64,000 nucleotides of DNA. It comes from an uncultured Alphaproteobacteria bacterium. GTDB lineage: Bacteria; Pseudomonadota; Alphaproteobacteria; Paracaedibacterales; CAITNM01. A program made the position numbers and the translations under genes. The stretch spans positions 83,037 through 147,036 of the forward strand of contig CAIQTY010000025.1 in the NCBI GenBank assembly GCA_903874955.1, read 5' to 3'. This document shows positions 56,291-64,000 of this stretch, one piece after another (position 1 is the first letter of the stretch; every line of letters begins with the position of its first letter). Below the pieces are notes generated by a model, which was not told the origin of the DNA, did no database searches, and was given only the letters and a program-made list of their open reading frames with translations.

Positions 56291-58159
56291 CTAACTATAA
56301 TGATTTACGCGTTTTGCTATTTTTTGACCGAATACAGCCAAATGTTTTATCAAAATGGATAGATGATGTTTTATCTTCCTTTTATAAAAATGAAATTCTC
56401 TCTTGTTAGTAAAATAGCTTGTTTTAGGATCATCTATTACTTCTGTTAAGACCATATGAAGCGATGGATACAGCTCTTTAAATTTCGGTTCAATATCAGT
56501 CATAATTTTAAGCGCCGAATAAGCATCATTCCATTTGAGTATACCCATGTTATTAGGAACTCCTAAATTGTAAAGAGTCTGTAAGGGTAAATTTCTGTCA
56601 AAATTTTGATCAATTAAGGTACCGGGTTTGTGAACCATGTATTCATAATCGATGATAAAAACCTCACCGTTTTTAGTTATTATAATATTTGATGGATCTA
56701 TATCTCTGTGGATTAGATCATTAGCATTGAAATATTTCACAATTTCAACGATTTGTTCAAAAATTTTTTTTCTTGAGGCTGAATTAAAAGAAAAAATTAA
56801 TTTTTCTGATATTGGCTGAGCATCAATAAATTCAGTAACTAACATTTGATGTCCAGCTCGTGAGGATGAATAGAGAAAAGGCTTGGGAAATTTCAAATGA
56901 CTGTTTTTACAAAAAAAATCTAATAATTTATACTCTTTTTTTAAGATACCACTATGACCAAAATACTTGATAAAAACTTTTTGTCCATTTTCTCTCAAAC
57001 CGGTAAAAAATTTGGCTTCTTTGCCTGCTTTCCAAAGATCTAGTCTGTAGGGCTTAATATCAATAAGACCGAAGGATTCAATTTTTTGGCGAACAGATTC
57101 AAAAATTTCAATCGGATTCTGCCTTAAATACGAAACAACGTGAGGAAAATATTCATGTTTTGATATAAAATTATTTAGCAATAAGCTATAGTCATCGAAA
57201 TTATTTTTTTGCGCATCTGCATCCTTAAATAAATCCTTGAAGGCTCGCTCTAAGAAATCTTTATATTTATCTTTCAAGATAAATTTCCAATGTATTAACT
57301 GGTAGTACAGAGAATAAAACTGATTTTCCAAAGAAGGAACGTAAAGTTTATTGGGGCTTAGGTTTCGTGTACTTAATATATCGAGAACCCACCTTGGTGA
57401 GAGATAAGAAAAACTATGCAAGTGAAAAGGTATAGATTGATTTTCCACTAGCACGTTACACATGAAAGTGCCTGGTGTCTCGTCTGGTTCGACTTTAGAA
57501 TTCAAGACGAAGGGTATCATCTCAAGCGTGATATCGTCCACGAGAATATCTATGTCGCTAGTTGTTCCCAGTTCTCTGGCACTAGCTTCAAAATCCCTTA
57601 GCATAGTGTAGTTAGCGCATTGATTTAAAACATAAAAAACTTGTTCGATATTTTTCCAACCATTTGATCCAATTAAATCTTGGCTCAAAAAAATCAAACA
57701 CCCGGATTTTTTAACACTTTTTTCAAAATCTAGTAAGTATTCATCATAACTTTTTCCAGTTAACAGCAATATGTCATGTTTAGTTTCTTGAAGGGTGACA
57801 GTACTATGTATACCATATTCATTGTCGATCCATTCCCTGTACTTATTTTTAAGATTCAAAATGTTGATATTAACTAATGCATGACCACTTGAGGTAAAAG
57901 CAACTTCATATCTTGGATCATTATCTAATAAAGTGATAACCAAGAATGTTCCATGCCCTCGCGCATCAACACCAATGGTTTTTGGTAAAAAAGTTGCACT
58001 ATAAAATCTGCTAAAATTTTCAATAGATTTATTTTTTGACCAACTAATTTCTATTTTTTCTAAAATAGAAAATTTTTTCTCTAAATCAGAAACTATTTCC
58101 GATTCCTTGCACCTAGCTTTTGGCCAAATAATAAATAAATGTAATTCAGGTTCTTGCAT
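56291..58159 (-). CDS. Multidomain protein: NDK-like N-terminus, nucleotidyltransferase-like middle and protein-kinase-like C-terminus
   Basis: LFIIW...NFSRFY...K.KYR...IHST (N-terminal); Y..LR...SDIDILVDD (middle); VFIK, LVTEFI and IHRDIDPSNII...IIDYE (kinase). Confidence 0.65.
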   Translation of the reverse strand: MQEPELHLFIIWPKARCKESEIVSDLEKKFSILEKIEISWSKNKSIENFSRFYSATFLPKTIGVDARGHGTFLVITLLDNDPRYEVAFTSSGHALVNINILNLKNKYREWIDNEYGIHSTVTLQETKHDILLLTGKSYDEYLLDFEKSVKKSGCLIFLSQDLIGSNGWKNIEQVFYVLNQCANYTMLRDFEASARELGTTSDIDILVDDITLEMIPFVLNSKVEPDETPGTFMCNVLVENQSIPFHLHSFSYLSPRWVLDILSTRNLSPNKLYVPSLENQFYSLYYQLIHWKFILKDKYKDFLERAFKDLFKDADAQKNNFDDYSLLLNNFISKHEYFPHVVSYLRQNPIEIFESVRQKIESFGLIDIKPYRLDLWKAGKEAKFFTGLRENGQKVFIKYFGHSGILKKEYKLLDFFCKNSHLKFPKPFLYSSSRAGHQMLVTEFIDAQPISEKLIFSFNSASRKKIFEQIVEIVKYFNANDLIHRDIDPSNIIITKNGEVFIIDYEYMVHKPGTLIDQNFDRNLPLQTLYNLGVPNNMGILKWNDAYSALKIMTDIEPKFKELYPSLHMVLTEVIDDPKTSYFTNKREFHFYKRKIKHHLSILIKHLAVFGQKIAKRVNHYS

Positions 58160-59524
58160 TTATTTTTTTGAAATTCTAAAAGTGTTAGGGAAAATTTTTT
58201 TTAAACTTAATTCAATCCCCAAAGGATCGACTTGTTCAAATAGGGAAAGCTTTTTCTCAAGATCATGTTTACCATATTCTATAAGCGTCTCCCTAGCGGC
58301 TTTTGGTACTTTATAATACAGAGGCAAATGCTTTCTAATGAATACCTTTAGTTTTTGAAAGCTTGTGCGGTTATCAACTAGTTCGTATGAAATGAAGTTA
58401 TCTAAAAGACCTCTTGCATCATCTATTATAGATTCTATTAAGAATTTCGTACAATTTCCAATATTTGCAAAAGAACTATGTAGAGTTTTTTTGGCAGAAG
58501 CACAAATTTTAGCTTCAGTATCAGGATCTAATTGTTTATGTGACAATAATTCACTTATCCTAGCCTTTGCTTCCTCAAGGCTTTTGGGATTCATTCCAAA
58601 ATTATGAGTCCATTCTTCGTAGCCATAACGTCGAAGCTCCTCTCCTCCAAGTGATATGACGGGAATTCCCATTAAGTAACTTTGCAATGCCGACGTACAA
58701 TCTTTGTGAAGAACGATCTTTGCAGACGAAATGGCTTGATTAAGATTTCCTTCCTTGGAGATTACAACATTAGGATAATGAGAAAATATTTTTTCATAAT
58801 TTTTTTGAATTTCTACCGGATGAGGCCTAATTACAAATGTTTCATTCGGAAATGACTTAATGATTTCTTCAAGCCATGATTTAAAAATAACAAATTGGTG
58901 CTTTTCTCTTTCATAGCCTGCCAGCATCAGCTTGTATGATGTAGGGCTAATTGCTGAACATGCTTTCAGCTGCTCCTCTACATTATGGCCATTTACAGCA
59001 CCAAAGTTAGTATTTACAAGGATGTAAGAATTTGGTAATGACTTTGGTGTAAGCTCTTTGTGAAAAAGCTTAAACTTATTTGTACACAGATCAAACGCTG
59101 GATTTCCTATAACCGTGTATTTTTTTTGCAACTCAACGCTATTGTTTCTACTGCAAAGACTCAGAAGCTGAGATTCACCCCACAAGAAAATTTTTCGGAT
59201 GCATTTAAGGCTATTAACCGCAAGATGATAATCAAGGCTATAAATTTGCAGCCCTATACCTTCATCTGCAAGATCGTAAAGCCATATTCCCTTTTCTGAC
59301 AGAGTTTTGTAATAAGTCGGATCGGGATTCACTCCTTTTTCAAGAAATACAGCTCTATAATTTTTATATTTCAGCTCGTCCCTGATAAAAGGAGGATTAC
59401 CAATTACCACCTCAAATCCGGCACGACAAAAATGGCGAGATAAGTTTAATTTATAATCTAATTCTCGCAGAGTTGACTCTACAGGAAGAAACACTAATGG
59501 TTTTTTAAAATATTCAGTCATCAT
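58160..59524 (-). CDS. Surface carbohydrate biosynthesis protein (GT-B-like)
   Basis: LPVE...RELD.KL, DEG, WG..Q, GNP.FD, NTNF and IRPHP.E motifs. Confidence 0.75.
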   Translation of the reverse strand: MMTEYFKKPLVFLPVESTLRELDYKLNLSRHFCRAGFEVVIGNPPFIRDELKYKNYRAVFLEKGVNPDPTYYKTLSEKGIWLYDLADEGIGLQIYSLDYHLAVNSLKCIRKIFLWGESQLLSLCSRNNSVELQKKYTVIGNPAFDLCTNKFKLFHKELTPKSLPNSYILVNTNFGAVNGHNVEEQLKACSAISPTSYKLMLAGYEREKHQFVIFKSWLEEIIKSFPNETFVIRPHPVEIQKNYEKIFSHYPNVVISKEGNLNQAISSAKIVLHKDCTSALQSYLMGIPVISLGGEELRRYGYEEWTHNFGMNPKSLEEAKARISELLSHKQLDPDTEAKICASAKKTLHSSFANIGNCTKFLIESIIDDARGLLDNFISYELVDNRTSFQKLKVFIRKHLPLYYKVPKAARETLIEYGKHDLEKKLSLFEQVDPLGIELSLKKIFPNTFRISKK

Positions 59525-60819
59525 TTTTCGATCAAGATGCTGTGTGATTCAAGAATTTTGTATAACTCTATTGCTTTTCCAAAAGGAACATTAATAATTT
59601 CTGCAATTTCAAGCAGAGACTTTGTGCCATCTGAATAAGCTATTAGATTCATAAGGTCATGGACATCGCAAGTGCCTGCTATTGATAAATTGGAGCGGAG
59701 CCCCCTCTTACCAAGTCTCGGTTCGCATAAATGAACATTGTCAGGCACTAAGTTATATTCAACACATGATATTGCAGCTTTTATAGCCTCAAATCCTCCT
59801 TGAAGACCCTTTGGTGTAACGACATTCTCAAGATCATCCAAAGAAGTATGATATTCAGAATATTCACCATATTTGCTTCGCATAATTGTTGCCACAGGTA
59901 GATCCACTCCAGGTGCACAATACTGACGCTCATCACTTCCCCTTTCTAAAAAAGAATATCTTTTATAACTAGGGTCAATATGTTTTAGAACATGCATTGC
60001 TGCCGTATCAGCAATCGTACTTCCAGCTCGCGAAGGCAAGTAAGAATAGCATCTATCATCACCTACACAAGTAATATTAAAACCTGCAGTTACTCTCTCT
60101 TTCAACACGTCAATATTTTTTGAAATGTATGTTATAGAACCTATTGTTTCAGGAATAAAAACTACTCGATAAGAGTAATTTCTATCTTCAAGAGACTGAA
60201 TCCACTTTGCCAAATAGGTTGTGACACAGGGGCCAGAAAGCTCATTATTTGCCATAGAGGGATGACAAATATAAGTACTCAAAAAAATCTCTTTTTCTGA
60301 TTTTCCAGGTATTAAAAGTTCCCCGTAAGTTAATGACCCTGGCTTGAGTGAAGAATCGATGTACACATGATACTCCTCCTCTTTAAGCTTTTTCTTTTGT
60401 CTATCCTTAATGCAGAACCCCCACCAAGGAGAATAGTAAGAGGTAACATACGGTATAGCTTCTGGTTGTTCAGGCAAAGAATATAATCGATCAGATAATT
60501 CCTGCAAAGAAATTTTCAAATCAACAGGAGTTGAATATCCAACCAAATGAAGATTGTTATTCTTAAAATCCACTACGGTATTTCCCTGACTATCTTTTAT
60601 CCACGCCTCATTGACATTCCACTCATTTGGAACTTCCCAATCAAATACCTTAGTCCCTGAGGAGACTTCATGTATTGTTAAATCTGGAATTATAGATTGG
60701 ATAACGGATAAAGTTTTCCTTACGCCATTACCAGTAATGCTCCTATTGATAGGCCAAAGCTTTTGGGCTAAAGTATAAATTTTATTGCCCACCTCGACAT
60801 CATATTCTTTTTTTAACAT
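59521..60819 (-). CDS. DUF4910 (DUF2172, M28-peptidase-like fold plus wHTH) protein
   Basis: PINRSITGNGVR.TL, VFDW.VP.EW, STYICHPSMANNELSGP, GSDERQYC.PG and YHTSLDDL motifs. Confidence 0.92.
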   Translation of the reverse strand: MLKKEYDVEVGNKIYTLAQKLWPINRSITGNGVRKTLSVIQSIIPDLTIHEVSSGTKVFDWEVPNEWNVNEAWIKDSQGNTVVDFKNNNLHLVGYSTPVDLKISLQELSDRLYSLPEQPEAIPYVTSYYSPWWGFCIKDRQKKKLKEEEYHVYIDSSLKPGSLTYGELLIPGKSEKEIFLSTYICHPSMANNELSGPCVTTYLAKWIQSLEDRNYSYRVVFIPETIGSITYISKNIDVLKERVTAGFNITCVGDDRCYSYLPSRAGSTIADTAAMHVLKHIDPSYKRYSFLERGSDERQYCAPGVDLPVATIMRSKYGEYSEYHTSLDDLENVVTPKGLQGGFEAIKAAISCVEYNLVPDNVHLCEPRLGKRGLRSNLSIAGTCDVHDLMNLIAYSDGTKSLLEIAEIINVPFGKAIELYKILESHSILIEK

Positions 60820-60821
60820 CA

Positions 60822-61070
60822 CTATTTCAAACACTTCACAAGAGAATATATGGAATCAACGGTATTAAAATTTTGGTATGTTAGAGATTCATTTGGAATT
60901 TTAATTTCAAATTTTTTTTCTATCCCCAAAATTAATGTTATTACACCCAAAGAATCAATAATTCCTGAATCAAACAAAGGAGTTTTTTCTTTAATATCCA
61001 CCTTTAAATTCTCGTTGAGTTCTTTAACTAAATTAACAATTACAACCTTGGATTCTTGTTCACTATTCAT
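60822..61070 (-). CDS. Acyl carrier protein
   Basis: LFDSGIIDSLG phosphopantetheine site; IEKKFEIKIP..L...NF.TV..I. Confidence 0.88.
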   Translation of the reverse strand: MNSEQESKVVIVNLVKELNENLKVDIKEKTPLFDSGIIDSLGVITLILGIEKKFEIKIPNESLTYQNFNTVDSIYSLVKCLK

Positions 61071-61810
61071 TTTTTATGCCTTTTTAGAAGTATTAGGGGG
61101 TCATTATTCATCAAAAAAATACAAGTTTTTTTGATCTGATTTATATCTATAATAGATACTGGAATACCCTCAATTTCATAAATTTTCATTCCATCTCTGA
61201 CAAAATATTCTTTCAATATTGTCATATCATTTTCAATTGCATTGGATTCTCTCACAAAAAGAGTTTCTTCTATGGGAATATTTTTATTCTTCCAGACTAA
61301 ACTGCCACTAAAAGTTTTTAAAAATCTATACGGAATTTGAGAATTAAAAACCCATTCTAACCTGTGAATATAACTAATATGTGTAGGATGAACTCCAATT
61401 GTTATGGCTATTGCATCAGTTTCTTCAAGCCAATGATATAGTGAACCGTCTCCCCAAGCATCCTTGGGCTTTAAATTCAATAAATCTTCCTGATACTGGC
61501 CGACAGCAGCAAATGAAAAAAAAGCACTTGGGGTTCTTACTATAGGATAATTAGTACGAAAAAATTCTGATATGAATCCGGTTGTGCTTTTTTCAACGTT
61601 AAGATCACAAACGCCATCAACATATCCACCAGTAAAAGTTGGCATTAATACTGTTGAAAAATTTCCTACCAAGGAATCAATAATAAGCTCAGAAATTTTT
61701 TGTGGTGTTTCACAAATATTTCTTAAAAAAGGCCATAAAGCCGAGTATGCCACCAGAGGTCTATTACTTTTATGTTTGTTTAAAATGCTCTGAAATTCTT
61801 GAACAATCAT
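61067..61810 (-). CDS. AAC(3)-family N-acyltransferase
   Basis: LMPTFT, S.TG..SE.FR, RT.S..FSF..G and IH..E...PYRF.K.F.G motifs. Confidence 0.85.
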   Translation of the reverse strand: MIVQEFQSILNKHKSNRPLVAYSALWPFLRNICETPQKISELIIDSLVGNFSTVLMPTFTGGYVDGVCDLNVEKSTTGFISEFFRTNYPIVRTPSAFFSFAAVGQYQEDLLNLKPKDAWGDGSLYHWLEETDAIAITIGVHPTHISYIHRLEWVFNSQIPYRFLKTFSGSLVWKNKNIPIEETLFVRESNAIENDMTILKEYFVRDGMKIYEIEGIPVSIIDINQIKKTCIFLMNNDPLILLKRHKK

Positions 61811-62967
61811 CAGGCATACTTTCGAAAAATCATAAAATCCCAAATTGCGTAACAATTATTCCAAAAATCATTATCAGTTTCTCTATCAGAACGTGGATGC
61901 TCCCAACTAACCAAACCAAGGCCGTACTTAGAGAGCGCATTCACTACCTCATATTGATTAGGTGTTGTGTTAAATTTTTTGTGCCTGTACTCCGTTACAA
62001 TAGAAATTGGATGTTTTTTACTTCCTAATCGAAGAGCAAGCCAAAATATGGGATTAGGATCCACACAAACAAATAGTCCGTTTGGTTTTAAATTAGAAAA
62101 AATTGATTCAAGCAATCTATCAATTTCAAAAGAAACACCATTTTTTATAATATTATGATCTAATATTAGGGAGAGCACATCTTGCATAATAATATAATCA
62201 AACTTATTATCATTTGTTTTTGACATCAAATTAATAACAGAGTTTGTATCTTCACAAAAAACAAAAGATAAATCCGCTAAAGAATAATTTTTTCTTGCGA
62301 TGTCTATTAAAGATTGGTTGTTATCAACCCCTAAAACTTCGGCACCACTCTCTCTGATTATGTTCGAAAAATACCCATTTCCGCACCCGAAATCTAAAAC
62401 ATTTTTAGTTTTTAAATCAAAATTTTTTTTCAAATAATCACGTATAAATTTTTCCTGAACTGTTTTGTAAAAAAGATTAGTTACTTCCTTACCATCCTTT
62501 GAAAATTTTTGATTATGCCACCATTCCCATTTTTTTTCTTCTCTTTTTTTAATTAGGTAATCTCCAACTTTCTCATGGAAATTACCCATCTTTTCGAAAT
62601 CGAAAATTGACCTACGCGGATTAAAAAAATCAAAGTACTCATCATAATCTTTTACAAGAATATGTCTTTTAAACAGTAATTCAAAAAGTTTTTCACCAGA
62701 ATAAATTTCGTTTTTTAAAGACAAATCGATAAATGATGGATCTGTGTGCAAGCCCTTCTCACCAAAGCTAGTTTCTGTGGCATCGCTACCTTCTGCATTC
62801 ACTAAAGACTCCATCCATTCTTCTTTAGTAGCCCCTAAATATAACCTTGATAAGGCCTCAATACCCACTGAGCACAAAGTAACGTGCTCTCTGGAACGAG
62901 TATTTGAAACTAAAAGATTTTCATCCCTAAAATGAATTAAAACATCCGTTATTACAAAAAATTTCAT
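61810..62967 (-). CDS. Class I SAM-dependent methyltransferase with an N-terminal extension
   Basis: VLDFGCGNG, GVD and L..LKPNG motifs; about 170-aa extra N-terminal region. Confidence 0.85.
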   Translation of the reverse strand: MKFFVITDVLIHFRDENLLVSNTRSREHVTLCSVGIEALSRLYLGATKEEWMESLVNAEGSDATETSFGEKGLHTDPSFIDLSLKNEIYSGEKLFELLFKRHILVKDYDEYFDFFNPRRSIFDFEKMGNFHEKVGDYLIKKREEKKWEWWHNQKFSKDGKEVTNLFYKTVQEKFIRDYLKKNFDLKTKNVLDFGCGNGYFSNIIRESGAEVLGVDNNQSLIDIARKNYSLADLSFVFCEDTNSVINLMSKTNDNKFDYIIMQDVLSLILDHNIIKNGVSFEIDRLLESIFSNLKPNGLFVCVDPNPIFWLALRLGSKKHPISIVTEYRHKKFNTTPNQYEVVNALSKYGLGLVSWEHPRSDRETDNDFWNNCYAIWDFMIFRKYA

Positions 62968-62969
62968 TT

Positions 62970-64000
62970 TCAATTTTCTATTATTTGTTTTTTTAACATA
63001 ATACTAATGATTTTTATTGCATGTTCAATGCGTTCAAGCGATTCAGTACCTATAGAGAAGCGGATAAATCTTTCAGTACTTGCACCATATGCAGAACCCG
63101 GGACAACAGAAATATCATGATTTTTCAGAAGTTCCATAGCAAAATCAGTAGAATTTCCGGAATAATTTTCGATACTTAGGAAAAAATAAAAAGTTGCTCC
63201 ACCCTCTAAGTGCAATATTTTATAATTTTTAAGTATTTTTTTGACACTTTGTTTTTTCAAAACAATATCATGCACTTGTGGCAAAGTGTGGCTTATGATG
63301 AGATCAAAATATTTTTCCATATAATATAGAAGAACAGTTGGGGCACAGGTAATAAGATGTTGATTAAGTTTTAAAACCGCTTTTATTACTTTCTCATTGC
63401 TGATTAAATATCCGACCCGCCATCCTGACATACCCATATTTTTTGATAGTGAATTTACAACTATGACATTATTCTTTTCCGAATCAAGTCTTCCTCCAGA
63501 AAAAAAACTCCCATCTAATATAAAATCACTATAAGCCTCGTCAATCAAAAGATATATATTGTTTTGCACACATAATTTATATATAGCCTCGAGTTCTTCT
63601 CGTTTATAAATACGCCCAGAGGGATTATTCGGATTATTTAATATCAGCATTCGTGTTTTAGGAGAGATATATTGGTGAAAATCACCGACATCTGCAAAGT
63701 AAGGAATAAAGTGCGCAGTAGCACCAATTAGCTTAACTTGCTCTTGATAACTTAACCAAGCTGGTTCATGGATCAATACTTCATCGCGTTGGTTAACTGT
63801 TGCAAGCATTGCCATGTAAATGGCAATTTTAGAACCTGCAGTTATTAAGACCTCTTTTTTAGCGTCAACCTCTGCTTGGTAATGTTCTCTATAGTACTTG
63901 GCAATTTTATTTCTAAGCTCAGGTATTCCTTGACTATCCGAATAGTGATAGCCTTTGTTAAAATCTATAGAACCAAAGTCAAATACAGGAATATCAAAAA
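62970..64000 (-). CDS. PLP-dependent class I/II aminotransferase (5' end outside the window)
   Basis: Frame open to the window edge (YHYSDSQGIPELR, ITAGSK); NNPNNPSG, DEAYSD and NSLSKNMGMSGWRVG motifs. Confidence 0.93.
   Translation of the reverse strand, partial: FDIPVFDFGSIDFNKGYHYSDSQGIPELRNKIAKYYREHYQAEVDAKKEVLITAGSKIAIYMAMLATVNQRDEVLIHEPAWLSYQEQVKLIGATAHFIPYFADVGDFHQYISPKTRMLILNNPNNPSGRIYKREELEAIYKLCVQNNIYLLIDEAYSDFILDGSFFSGGRLDSEKNNVIVVNSLSKNMGMSGWRVGYLISNEKVIKAVLKLNQHLITCAPTVLLYYMEKYFDLIISHTLPQVHDIVLKKQSVKKILKNYKILHLEGGATFYFFLSIENYSGNSTDFAMELLKNHDISVVPGSAYGASTERFIRFSIGTESLERIEHAIKIISIMLKKQIIEN

Noticed and set aside
61067-61810. Aminoglycoside resistance gene
   Set aside because: The AAC(3) fold is coupled to ACP and DUF4910 in a glycan locus, so a biosynthetic acyltransferase is more likely.

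Overview
AT-rich alphaproteobacterial chromosome segment. The divergent proteins, shuffled operons, Rickettsia-like palindromic repeats and an RpoB insert suggest a Holosporales-like protist endosymbiont (inference). Positions 1-46 kb are mostly core genes: gyrB-recF, lpxK, typA, psd-pssA, trmB, secA, tRNA-Trp-secE-nusG-rplKAJL-rpoBC, rpoZ-spoT-acpS, 6S RNA and ugd. Interspersed are a decayed MNT-HEPN toxin-antitoxin pair, a decayed IS1016-group IS1595 element, a tandem-duplicated PrsA-like lipoprotein, a split PAS+MCP sensor pair and several signal-peptide-bearing orphan proteins. These orphans include a Lon-like AAA+ ATPase without a protease domain and an HDxxH-motif protein. Positions 46-64 kb are a more AT-rich minus-strand surface-glycan biosynthesis/modification island. 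It carries an aminotransferase-methyltransferase-AAC(3)-ACP-DUF4910 acyl-tailoring module and a three-domain NDK-like/nucleotidyltransferase/kinase protein. Its distal part (about 47-52.5 kb) is visibly eroding, with nonsense codons, frameshifts and a mosaic of four fused gene fragments. All family calls are from motif recognition by eye; no database searches were run.
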